Source of the DNA: Catajapyx aquilonaris
Lineage: Eukaryota
NCBI GenBank assembly: GCA_000934665.2
Contig: KZ538148.1
Coordinates: 1 to 64,000 of the forward strand
Direction: 5' to 3'
Length of the DNA: 64,000 nucleotides
Shown here: positions 12,112 through 25,100 of the stretch, in pieces
How the letters are laid out: each line of letters opens with the position of its first letter
Numbering within the stretch: the first letter of the stretch is position 1
The notes under the pieces: generated by a model
Told to the model about the DNA's origin: nothing
Database searches by the model: none
What the model saw: only the letters and a program-made list of their open reading frames with translations
Made by a program: the position numbers and the translations under genes

Positions 12112-15100
12112 ACAATGAATTATGTGAAAGAGATGCGGTAATTTCCCCGGGCTTTTCCATCCCCCCTAAAAAATCAGCTTTTCGTGGGTCTTTGCGTAAG
12201 GTCAAAGTTCACAGCTCTTTTGACTGGCAGCTCCAGCAGCCGGCTTCGGCGCAGTATAGGTATATGCTTCGCAAATGAGATTGAGTTAGCTCACTCCCAC
12301 TCTGCATTCCGCTTTCCCACGAGAATAGCTATGCAAATGAAATGCGTGAATCATCAAGTGGGACTGTGAGGTTCGCATCTACATGGGACAAAGGACTCTT
12401 TNCCCCCCCCCCCCCCCTTCTAAATTTGTAGCCAATAAGAGAGGTCGAGAGCAATACCCTTGACTGAATCAGGACTTTCTGCAGGGTAGCACTTGGCTGA
12501 AATGGGTAGTGGGCTTATTACTTGTGATGTCGTTTGCTCGATGTAGGTTTTAAAAATATATACAGTATACAGCCTTCTGGGAAGGAGCCGGATACATTAG
12601 TAGGAGTCGCTTTCTTTGTCAAAGCAAAGATAGAATATAACCTCCCACAGAGTTAGTTTTGCTTGCAAAGACCAAACGAATATCAGCCGGGAGGAGCGGG
12701 GCCCCTTTAGAGAGCCGGGAAGCCGACGTGTTTGTATACGTCCTTGCTCCCCCCCCTCCCCCCCCCTCCTAGAAATCTTTTGTGCAGTATTCATGCTACA
12801 CATAGGGAAGCTGTAAGTAGGACTCTTTATGTTGTTCCATGTAGTCCCATTCTTCCTCTTTATACCTTTGCCCGCGTGGACTTAATTACCCGCCATTGTA
12901 ATGCCCAATCATGACGAGCTCCCAAAGTTGGTACATGGCCCCCACACGTAATCTCAGTATACCGGCGGAATACAACCCACAGGGGAGCGATGTCCAGATG
13001 GTGCTCGCTGCAAAAACATGGAAATGACGCTGGAGTCATCTCCTTGGCCCACATTAGTTTTTATGCGCAGTTTGACATCCCGTTCACGTCGCACACACGA
13101 GTGCCACACCTGTTCGGGCGTGACATGTGAATAATCCAGCGAGGGCTAGTTGCCGTAGGTGGCCTGGGCACCAAACCGGCAGGCAGGGGGAGAAATCCCA
13201 GTGGTGATTTGCCAGTGACGGGCCTTCGAAATGGCCCAAAATCCCCCAGGTTGGAAGCCCCGAAGGATCTGTCGTCAGTTGGGGGAGCGGCCAGTATAGG
13301 GGACGGCGCACCGAAAATGCTTACGGTGGTGTGTTTGGCGAGCGGTTTGCTGCAGGCTTATTTTTGTGGTGGATGGGTAGAGCTCCGGCCAAGGCTGATT
13401 TATCGGCAGGGTTTATTTATTTGGTCGTTAAAGCTGTCCTACTCGCGTCCTGCCTTCCGGTGGCCTCACCCCCTCATTTGTCGCCTTTGTGCTCGTCGCC
13501 GAGACCTAAGAGAAAGGCCAGGACCGGCCAGCTAAACTTGAGACCTGACTCAGTACTTTCACAATTATGCATGACAGTGGGTGACACGTCAGGGGTGATG
13601 CTTGGAATTCCTTTGTCATGACCTGTGTTCAAGTGCCATTGTGTCGTTTGATATTTTGAGCGGCCCGCTTTGTAGAGCATTTCACGGGGCAACATGGAGC
13701 GATCATCACTCAGCTCTCCACTCTGACATAGTAGCGAAGCAATAGGAGACATCAGGTCGGGCAGATACGTAGGGCAATGAAATGATATTTTGTGATACTG
13801 GTAAGTTGGTGATAGTTTTCATATCGCCTTCCATGAATATTCATGTGGTTTTAGATTATTCACATTTCAGATAAAAATAACTTCACGAGTTGTCCATGGG
13901 CAGTTTTTATTTTGATTTCTTGGCTGCGAAAACAAAGCAGGAGGAAAATAAGTATCTTGTAGGATGAGGTGACGTGAATTCAATTTTTAATGCATTACAA
14001 TATTCTTCACTCTTGACACTTTATCGGCAAAATTGCATTTTATATTGAGAATGTAGTACATGTCTCATAGACACAATGTCATTTTTGTTATCCTACCTCT
14101 AGAAATATCAAATGTGCCAGCTCAGTGTGTATCCATGGTGACTTTAGGCCGCATATTGTTATCAGAGTATGTGCAAGACTTAAACAAAGGCATAGTCTTT
14201 GATCCCACCAACATAATAAGAATCGAGGGGAAAATCATGACATTCCAATAAGTCTTCAATAGGCCTATTATTCAAGAGATAAATTACCAAGTACGTAAAA
14301 ACAGTCAACAATGCGCTACTCTGATAATTGAATGTGGCGTAAACCTGCATAAGACAATACCAAATATGAAAGTATACATTGCCCTTAGGCCATCATTTAA
14401 ACATTGTAACGTTGACGCATTGGGATATGTCTTGTTCATTTATAGCTACAGATTGTTAAAACTGACAGTGTTATGCACCGAGATCCATTTAAAATGCTCA
14501 CGATGTAAGCATAAGAGGGTTCCTATACAGATATATTGTTAAAATTCTTGAGATAAAGTCCTTCGCAATTTGCCTCTGTATTCAGGTAGGATGTCGAGCT
14601 TAGCCAGCCACAATGCTGTACACGTATTAAATTGAGTACACAGGACACGCTAGGGAACGGCGCTGAGACAGGTTGGACAAGCGATGCAGTGTTCGGGCAC
14701 GACAGTTAAATAGTACAAATTGGAAATACTAATAGCGGAGCGTTTCCGCCATCTTCGCGGAAGACATTCCGGGTGGCGTTTAGGAGGATTCAGAACACCT
14801 TGCAGCTCGTTAGCAGGGTGGGAATGGTATCACTTGCTAATTCGACAGCGCCGTCATCTGATACAAAAGGGTGTAGATTGTGAGCGATTTTATGAGGAGA
14901 AAGTTGGGGACGCCGTAAACTCCGGAGGCTAATGATGATGACCTACCCCCCACCACACCCTTCCTTCCCCTTTTCTCCCCGCCGTCGCCTCTGATGAGGA
15001 ATGGCAAATGTCGGGATTGGTCCTCGTTATATGTGGGGAACGTCGACGACGCTTCCGGAGCTGAGCAAACACGCCCGGAACACCCAGATCGGTGTTGACG

Positions 15101-16936
15101 TTTGGGGCGAGGTCATTCGCTCCGCGACGGAATTTGGTGGCTTCCCACATTCCACGCTTTTCGGATTTTTCCTCCCACTCTCTCCACCTTGTCGTCTTCA
15201 GAAAGGACCACAATACAGGATGCCACAAAGAAGCGCAGTAATGTTTGAATTGACGCTCCACGGATCCAGATGAATCAATAAGATAACCCTCTCTGCAAAA
15301 CAGTCATCCGGGGTCACAGCTTTGAAGGGAAGGTGAAACTCAGTAGCGCAGGGGAAATTTTTTAATCATGCACCCATTGATTCGGTGTATTTTTGAATCG
15401 TTACGGACTCTGGCCAAATTACAGACTTGGGGATCAGATTATGGGGTGCGCAGCTTGATTGGCAACATGTCGTTGACTGCATTAGGAGTCACGAATACTG
15501 TATCGGCATTCGGCGGTTCAAACCATATTGCGTTTGATGCTGGACACCTATAAAAAGCTATAATACATGTCAAGGTGGTGCTTGTATCTTGGCAAGGGCG
15601 GCTGTCATTTGATGTTTAGCTAAGCCATGATGTTGAGGGAAAGGTGGGGAATAGATGCAGTTTGGGAGGGGAGGCAAAGCGTGTTATCTGAGAATTTGTT
15701 TCCCATTACATTAGTCCAAATCCGGAAACGTGCTACCTAGCAACTGGGCCCGATCGATCTTCTCTCTCTCTCTGCTTTTGCCAGGCTACGAAATAGGTTG
15801 TGGAGAGCAATCATTTCGCAGTACGTTGTTTGCTTTCCGCCTGCCAGCCTTATCATACTGAAACTCGAAACGTGCTGGTGAGCTATACGCAAGGGCAATA
15901 TGACGTGAAACATGAGCATTGTTGGGGCGTGCCCCCTTGGCGTCTGTCTGCGACGATTGGCCATAGACACGTGTGCCCCGGCCTTGCTGTCGGAAGAGAG
16001 CTTGGTCTGTAGGAGCAGCTGGCCATGTCCGTTCGTTCGTCCGTCCGGCAGAACTGGCCCAGTGGTCAAACGATTTTCCAGCCGCCTGCCTTCCCAATCA
16101 AATAGCAGGCGGGCAGTCGTGCGGCAGGCGGACCTTGCACGGTGCCCGCATTCAACACCGGATCTCTTCTGCTTCTGTCTCTGCACATGCTTCATGGCTA
16201 AAGTTTTTTTTTTCTCCCCCCTTTCCTTCCCTTGTTGAGACAAAATGTCTGGCCTCGGAACCACTTGCTAACCGAGATCTATTGCCTCGCATTACAGCAT
16301 GTACGGTAGCACAAAACGATTTGTTCAGGCGGATTACTATAGCTACGTTGTTCATTTCTTGTCTTCTGCTTGCTTCGTGGCAAGATTGTGTAATAGCTCT
16401 ATACTGTTACAAGCGAAATGTGCTTGCCTCTTCTAACAGTAAGTCAAGTACAGTCAGGTAATATTTAAAGAGATTGAAAATGGGATTTATATTATGTGGA
16501 GTATATGCGGTTTATTCTGTTCTATGTTGGCGACCAAAATACAGTTGCCATTTCTGCCACTACGTGGCAGGTTCTTGCGGAAGAATACCTCCCGCTCTTT
16601 GCGAATTGGCCTGCAGATATGCATGTGAAGGCGTATCCGCGGGGGAACATCCAACAGTCGTTGCTCCTCCAGCGAGTAGGTTAGTTATGAATGCTTCTCA
16701 CGACCAACATCCTGGGGGTTTTTAACACGGGGAAAATACATTGATTCACATGTACCACACATGCTAGTGTTCCAAAACCCACTAGTTTTTTCATGGGGCT
16801 TGCGACCTTTTCACCCATTCAGCCGCGGAACTAGAGGATAGTTCAGGCGGTTCACCAAACTACGGGCCCTGTACACAGGAGGCCCCATGACGAAAGTAAA
16901 TAGTATACATACATTGCAATGTAAAATAACAAAATG

Positions 16937-17512
16937 CAGTAAAACTCCTATTAGTCGATTCTCCATGGGACCGGGGGAAAAAACTTGAGTTATAGAAGAT
17001 TCTACTTAGAGAAGTTCGGAATTTTTTAGCACATAACTCGATAAGGAACCCTACCTTTTATATCCAGCAGCGACGAAAGATGTTCAAAACTTAAAAATAA
17101 CTCACTATCACACTACAATGTTGTAAAAAAAAAACTCCATTATGGACATTTGCCTACTCTTAGATCGGCTCTCACTAAAGGATTCAATTATTATCACTAT
17201 CGAGTCAAACACTTCTTTTGGTAGACGGAGATCAGGAAAGAGCCTTTCTGTACATGTGGCCTACTCGCTACCCTTCAGCTGGGAAATGAGAATTTTCCGT
17301 GCACTCGCCAACATGGGCTTCGACTTCTAAGGGAGACTGAAAATGCATAAATATCCCATCGTAAGGCCCTGCCTGCACTTATATAGTTATGGAGAACTTC
17401 GCGTTATAGAAATTCGAGTTAGTGAAGTTTATTTCATATTATTTTACATTGTGACCAACCAAGCTCATAAGTTTCTTCGACTTAAGAAGTTCGACTTGTA
17501 GAAGTTTTACTG
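16937..17512. mobile_element. Tc1/mariner-superfamily (pogo/Tigger-like) MITE, 576 bp
   Basis: Imperfect TIRs: CAGTAAAACTCCTATTAGTCGA versus the reverse complement of TCGACTTGTAGAAGTTTTACTG. Right flank TA, left flank TG. Subterminal TTCGAGTTA/TTCGACTTA-type repeats. Confidence 0.75.
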
Positions 17513-20500
17513 TAAATGAAGTGGGGAGAAATAATTGAACAAAAGGGAGATGAATGGAGGCTCATAGCATTTCGCACTAGGACCCATAATGGCATGTTCT
17601 GCCAGGACAATTTGCAAGAGTTGTACAATATATTGTGTGCCTCTCTTAGGGCTGGTTGTACTGTAGGAACATGAGTTTAGGTGTACTACGGAGTTAGTCT
17701 ATGTTCATACAACCGGCACTTAGTGGCATGAGTGTAACTAGATTTCGGCAGAGTAGTAGTAGTAGGCCATGGCTAATTTCTTCCCATTAGGTGTGCCCAT
17801 TGGGACAATATAGTAGCCGTCTCACCTGGAGTGCCCGCTTGCATTTCGAATCGGGAACAGCACTCATCTTAGACTGGTCATAGGAAATGCATAGTGACAG
17901 GCAGAAAATCATTGTCAAAGGTTGGCCCATTTTTTATCGGGCTCGTTCCACATACGTCATTTTTGGTTGGCGGGGCAGAGCGTGGAAGTTGGGGCGTCGA
18001 TAAATAGATTCAAGTGTGACAAGTAGAACTGATGGGAGGAAAGAGCGTGGGAGTAGCCGGGGAAGGTGATGGAAAAGGGCGTTTGCGAGTTGTCACTGGA
18101 ACATTTTTGCTAGCCTTCCGTTTTTTGTCCGTGTAGTGCTCACAGGCGAGGAAATTTTGTGTGTCGGAGGCGAAACGTGCTATGGTGGGCAGGAAGAGGA
18201 TTCCGGGCACGTCCGTGGGCCGCAGGGTGGAAGCCCGCCCAGCCTTTCTGTGTAGTGCACTAGGCCTCTTTTTCTTTAACACTCTACCGCCTCCCTGCCC
18301 CCTGCTACCCTTCAACCCCCCCGTTGGATGCATGGCGGAGGCTTCAGTTGCCGAACAGTAGATCTAATTTTGCAAACGTCTGCACAAAGACCACTTCAAA
18401 GGCGGGACTTATGGGGAAGATGGGAGGAGGGGTGGCGAGATGGAGCGCGCAAATGAATTCGAAGTGAATTATTCTTTTGAGGGGTTAGTAATGAGCGGGC
18501 TGGCTCGCTTTTTGTTGAGTCCATTTTTCAGGAGGGCTGGTATCTAGTCGTAATTTGGCAGCAACCGCCGAGTTTAAATATACCTTTACACGCTATGCAG
18601 GCTAGCAGGGGAACAATTAGTAATCCAGATTGCTTTATGTTCTACTGCCCAGAATGGGTACGTATATTTTTGCCAGGCACAAGAAACATTATCCGGGATG
18701 TAAATGTTTGTTTCCATTCAAGTGTAGTGGGGCTGGTAATGTTGCGTGATGCGTCTATATCAATATTAGTGTACAGTGTGTTAATCCCGGTAGGTCAACA
18801 GAATTTATTTGTGCAAACCGAAAGCCATTTTCCCAATGGTTTATGCGAGCGCTCAAGTTGGCGTAATATCACAGCCTCCCTGCATGAACTAACAGCTGCT
18901 ATGCATGACCTTGGCCGTGATTCTGTGTCGATTCATGTGGCGGTGGTGGTGCTGTGTGGTGGCGATGGATGCGTTGGTTTCTTTTGCCAAAAGTTCCGAA
19001 ATTAAATAATTTGTGTGCGAGATTTTTCGGATGGTACGGATTCCATAGTTACTCATGCGATACTTGGTCACTGATGGCATTAATTCAAATGCCGGTATTT
19101 CAAATGTGCGGCAATGCGGGTGTGCAGAGATCAGAAAGGAATGGCTGCATGCAAATTAGAGATCAACTCTCGAGTTAAAAAGATTACAGCGTATTTCTCC
19201 ACGTATCAGTTTTTTTTAAAAAGCCGCAGTGTTAAAACAGGGACAAAAATTTTAAATAGCCTCTGTGCGCCATTTCAGGGCTGATAATATAATGATCACC
19301 TGCTCACTCAACGGAGCAGCCGCCATGTTGACAAACGAAAGGTTGCCTCTAATGGGGAACACTAATTTCAAGCGATTTCTCTGGAAGTGTACCAGATTCT
19401 GCCATAATGTCGTACTCCTTGCATTTGCTTGACACTTGCGGCGCATCCTAAAGGATCTACATCTGGCCTTAGCCGTGATTCATAAGACGCCGCACCTGCT
19501 ACGAATCAGGCCCAGAATTTGGTAAGTTACATGTGGAAAGCAATGTGAAGCATCTGCCACCCCGTCTAATTGCATCGCAGCCCAAGATATATAGTAGTAG
19601 TTGGTAATATCAACGCATTAACAGCAAATCCTGAAGCGTGGGCGAAACTTCAGGGGAAAGGAATTAATTCGCGGTGATGTGTCATTCCGGTGAGTCAGGC
19701 CAAAAGTTACAAGTTCACGGCATCCATTTGGAGCAACCCCCACGTGCTGTGCGACGACGTGGGCGACGCTAGTTGTCATTCTGAGAAAGAAATGAAGAAA
19801 AAAACGCTTATCAACCTGGAGCGCGCACACACTGCCGAAGTTATTCCAACTTTCCAACTTTTCTCATCTAAGGGAGAACGAGAGAGAGAAAAGAGGAGGG
19901 GGGGGGGGGGAAATCAGAAGGAATACTCTAATCCGGATCGGCTAACAGTCTCCTGTATCGGAGGAAGCTCTGATAAAGCCCAATATCTATGGGGTTTGGG
20001 GAGGTGCAGCCGGCTTCATTATATATGCATAACCAATTTATTACCTCGCCGCCTGATATTCGCTGCGTAGGGAAAGGAGACTGAGCGAAGCAGTAGCAAT
20101 GTTGTTCTTGCGGGGAGGGGTTGGGGATATCCGCAATCAATGTAGGTGGAAGGGAGGGAGTGGGTGGGTTGGGAACTCGGAATGAAGAGCCGGCTTGCCT
20201 CATAATGAAGGCTGCGTGATTCCCGATGGTCGAGCTGCGATCCCATCTCCTCCCCCTCCCCGGCCCTGTGTCCCCTTCTACCCTACGGTTAATAAAGGCT
20301 GCGTCCACCGTCCTAATGAACTGTCCCCACTGCAGATAAGAGGGATAGGGCATGTTCATCTGTCGCACCGGAGGGCACTCCAAAGCCCATCTGAAAACAT
20401 CCCATGAGGATGGTGGGAGGGACAGGCGGGAAGGAAAAAAATAATATAAAACAAACGAGGCTGTATCTCGTGGTTAATCGGCCGTAATAGGAACGTGCGG

Positions 20501-20531
20501 TTTATCTGCGAAAAGGGATTCAGGTTTTAGT

Positions 20532-20532
<1 letters not shown>

Positions 20533-20580
<48 letters not shown>
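20533..20580 (+). repeat. (GA)24 microsatellite
   Basis: Direct reading. Confidence 0.97.
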
Positions 20581-20585
<5 letters not shown>

Positions 20586-22095
20586 CTGGGAGGAAAATAG
20601 GAAAAAATGGAAGCCGGGAAAAGATGGCCGCAGTTGGCGGTCAGCTGTTGGAGGTGGGGGGACTTCTGCAAACATGACTAATTAGTCAACCTGCACATTT
20701 GCTTGCGTCCCACAATTAGGGTGTGATTTGAATAGACAAAAAGAAGTGGCGGTTGACACGTGTTTTGATGGGCGACTGTCTAGGGGGTCTCGGTTTGTCC
20801 ACGGCGATGCATAATTTTAACTTTGCGTAGCGTTATTGCTTGTCGGCGCCTTCGAAGCACCGACAGTGCCGACAGGAGGTTTGACATATATGAAGGAAAC
20901 TGTTTCAGGTAGTTATAAGGTGCCTAGCTATATTGAGCAATCGCAAATGAAATTGAATTTCTATTTTGGTTTTTGAGAATCAGGTTGCAGGCTGTTGGTG
21001 GATGCGAATACAGTAGTGACTTTTAATTATAGGAGAATTGACATGCAAATCGGGGAATAATACGCATCATACTGTTCATATACAACTCTGTGGGTGTATG
21101 CTCTGAAAGTGACACGTATTCTGATTTTCTGCGGCAGCACTTGTTTCGGAACTTATTATATCGAATCGTGTGGTCTGTACAATGCGCATGTAGTTTCATT
21201 TATGGTCTGTCATTATCGTGTGACATAAGTTCTATAGCAGTTGAAATGTTCTAAAAACCGCGGTATAAAATTTGGTTATGTAGGCGGCGGCGACAAATGC
21301 AATTTCTAAACTCGATGATTTCGAATTTTTCGGCGAATAATAACGTTACTTGGTTGTCCATTGTGTCACGGTTAGTTCCGTGGCTCTTCTATGCTATAGG
21401 ATCCAGGCTGTCGGCTAGCTTGGATTTGAAAATTCCCGACTCATTTGATGGTGTGATGCTACCGAAGCTTTCTGCGGCTATACATGAGTGAACTGGGCCA
21501 TTTTGTGTGTACTACAGCCACAATTTTTATCACACTGGGCTTTTATGATGAGATAAGCGTCGAGTCCTCTCTCAGACAAGCTGTACGAACATGAGTAGGC
21601 GTCTGATAACTGTCGTGACCGGATCTTGACAGCCAGAATTTATCTTTAGGACGAGCCGAGACACGCCAGTGCAGGGCGAGAGCAGTTGGGTGCCACTCTA
21701 TGCTGCGGGAGTCAAGTGCTTCCCAGGTAATGCCAGCCATAACGAACTCCCTGGACCTAGTCCAAGAGAGAACGTGACTATTAGGGAACAGTTATAACGT
21801 GCAGAGTTATTGTCCGGATTAGGACGGAAAATAATTATCCCAGGCGTGCGAGTTACGAGGGGGTTGTACCAGCAGCTTTGTCTGCTCCTCCTATTGCCAA
21901 CGAAGGCCAAATAATGAGGGGAAACACATTTTCAACATCCATTGGAGCAAATGTGGACTTCTTCCCTCCTCCTAATGAGTGTTTCTATTCAACTTTCCTT
22001 CCAATTTCCCCCCTTTCAGCTTTAACTTGCTGAAGCGCAGTGCGCCAACTTGTAATATAATTCTGAAAGAGACGAAGATAGGCTGCAATTTTTTT

Positions 22096-22099
<4 letters not shown>

Positions 22100-22153
<54 letters not shown>
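22100..22153 (+). repeat. (CT)27 microsatellite
   Basis: Direct reading. Confidence 0.97.
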
Positions 22154-22155
<2 letters not shown>

Positions 22156-25100
22156 CGCAGTGCTCATTTTCTCAAAGGCTCTTTTATCCCTGTCATGATG
22201 GATTGATCAGGGAAATGACGTGGGAGGGGAAACTGGGAGTATGGAGCTGGAAGTCGACCCTGTCAAATGCTGTCAATGCCGAGGCGACCAAAGTGACTCT
22301 ATCGGAGGTATGATCAAAAGAAGTGTAGGGGGGGAAAGGGGGCTTATCAGGCAATCATGCTTCAGTGCGTATCCCGATAAATTTATTGGATACCGATTAG
22401 TAATCACGTTGCGATGCCACATTGTTCGTTGGCTTAAAATTTATTTACCTTTTTAAAACCCGTCTCATCCGACTACAAGGTCCCCCCCCCTCCCCCCTCT
22501 CCAATCCCCTCCCGGCTGGGCTGGTCTGGTCAGTGCAGTGGTTTGGAATTGATTGGAACAATGCAGAACGCGAAACACATTCATTGAGGGAAAAATCATA
22601 TGAAAGGGTATAAGATTGGTTGGTTTTGCCCGCCCGCGCGCGCTCTCTCTCCCCTGCAGCTGTGGCCACGATGTAGAAAATTACAATGAAATTAATTTCC
22701 GGGCTACTTTGTGGTGGGGACGAAACGCGGTTGAGTTTATTCTTCATATGCCGACTAATTGCATAGTTGATTCGCGCTCGGAATAGTTGTTGTGTAATTA
22801 ATTTAGGGCATGGAGGGGGAAATTCCCTTTTATTACAGTGTCTGATTAGATGGTATTGGATTGCAGATTAGATGCGGGATAACTCAAATTTCTGTGTGGG
22901 TCTGAGGGACCGTCGTTAATCAAATCGGGTGCCTGGGGGGGGGGGGGATGATTCGGTTTTTTTTGTGTCTGTATCGAGAAATGTAGGGCGGATTGGAATT
23001 GCAAAAACGATAAATTTGGGCGGTGTGAAGGGGGGAGCACCTGAGGACCGGAATTTTGGGGAGGAGGAGTATGAAAAGAGGCGGCCACATATTGATTCCT
23101 GGGAGGCGTGTGAAGAAGTATCCCGCCGTTAATTTCCGCGAAATTGTGTTGCCGAGGTTTACTTTGATCTCCTCTTGAAGAGCTTGGCACCTAGAGTGGA
23201 TCCGAGTAACGAGCTTTCCTACCAAGTTCTCTCCCTTCTCCACTAAGACCGGGCTAATTCTCCCCGGCTTAAACTGCGATAACAACGTTGCCACCGGTGG
23301 CTGGATTTTCTCTCCTCCATCCCGCTGGGATGAAGATTTTCGGCGGGGGTGCTGGGTGGCTGCTTGGGACGGGGGATTATAGTTTTCAATAATCGTGGGT
23401 TTTGCTAATCGATAGATACTCCTCTTGGGTGGGGGGGGTTTCCCCCTTAATTAAACTCGGTCAGAAGTAATTCAATTTGGTTTGGGAGACAGTGCAGGCA
23501 TGCTATAACCCAGCCTGGCTGCAATGATAGGTACCGGGGGCCCAGATTTTTGCCTTGGAATCCTTTAGAAAAGGTTCGTTTCCTTGGGATTGCTGGCCGC
23601 CATATTTGCTCATTGATCTGGGGGCAATGCATATGCTAATCTGTAGATTCCAGGAGGGTTTTTTTTGTGGGTGGGTTTCCGGAGGCCTGTCGCCCACAGC
23701 TGCTTCCTCCTCCCTTCCTTTTTACCTTCCATCGTAGGGAGTTGCGAAAGCTTTTATACTACTGCTCTTGCCCTAACTCCGGACGCCTCAAGTTTGGAGG
23801 GACCCAAGAGCACGGAGGAAATGCATCCCAGAAGGATGAAGCTCATTGTGGAGTATCAGGGGAGGCCCCAGGGTAGGCCACTGCCGTAATCTTGAGCTTT
23901 CCCCCACTTCTCCTGCGGTATTGTTTAGGACGGAGGTGGGCTTCCCCGCCAAAGTGCTCGGAGCAGTATAACAAATGACCAACTGTCTAGCAAAGAATGA
24001 CACCACATGATGTGGGTGCGAGTGCTGATGATGTGTTCATGTCCGCTGTTTATAACTGGTGGCGGATGGCGCCAGCATGTGGTTAAAGAGATGCTGTGAT
24101 TGTTCCAGTTCGATAACAGTGTTTATACAGGGTGTTCAGTAACTCCCGCATAATGGGCCGGTAGGGCAAATTACTGGCCTATTCCAAGGCCAAAATTCGT
24201 GGCTTTCTGTTTGGCCGGGAGGCGTCATTTGGCCATGCGGCGGAAATTAGGCTTCGATGACAGATCGCTTACCTACTGTACTACAGTACTTATGGAAACG
24301 GCATTGATATGCACATTAATATAAGGATGTCATCAAAACTTAGTTGCCGGCTCAAGCCACAGTGACGCTTCCGGCCAATAACTGATGTGGAGCATTTGGA
24401 TCTTAGAATAGGGCATTCTTCCTGCCTGGCCATTGTGTAGAAGTAAATGGCCACCTTGTGTGAGTCTATTTTGGAAACAACACGCGCTGGATGTTATATG
24501 TAGTCATGACCAGTGGGGAAAAAAGCCTGACACGAGCATCTTACATCCTGGAGTGTTAGTTAACTGGGTGGTCCTTTTTAAGCGGCGCATTGCCTGCTTT
24601 AAGGGGCACCGTAAACCCCTGGAGCTTGCCATTTGACCTCTTTTGCGCACGTGCATGGCGTTTGAGTTACCGCTTTGACGGCAGTACTTGACTGCGTTAT
24701 TTGGTGCCTCCGCAACATCCAAGTCAAGGCACAGTAAAGTCTGAGTGACAGTAGATGGGGCCGTTTTTCTTTTTATGAGTTGATACTCTTTTCTGTGAGT
24801 TGGGCGGCATTGCAAGTTGGTGGTAGTGGTTTTGCAGAGCAGGGGCAGTGCGGTATTTTATACTAAACTGTGCCGGAGGACTCTCGGGACGCATTGGAGG
24901 GAGACGAGCTGAGAAACATGGGGGCCGGGTTTCCTGACATTCAATGTGGGCCCTGCTGGGGAAATGCAGGCTCGTGTATCTTGGGACAAAATCGCTGGGA
25001 CCCCGCGTCTATATTGGAAGGGATCTGAAAGTATCAAATAGGAGTGTCGCCGTTAATCATGTCCAGGGAGAGGCATGGGCTCCCTCCTCTACCGGCTTAT

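Noticed and set aside
12597..12803. Minus-strand peptide NTAQKISRRG resembling hnRNP L STSQKISRPG
   Set aside because: Wrong strand and wrong order relative to the exons, with no flanking similarity; coincidence.
18867..18889. TATCACAGCC...ATGAAC resembling mature miR-2 family
   Set aside because: The upstream arm pairs for only ~8 bp and not with the seed region; no credible pre-miRNA hairpin.
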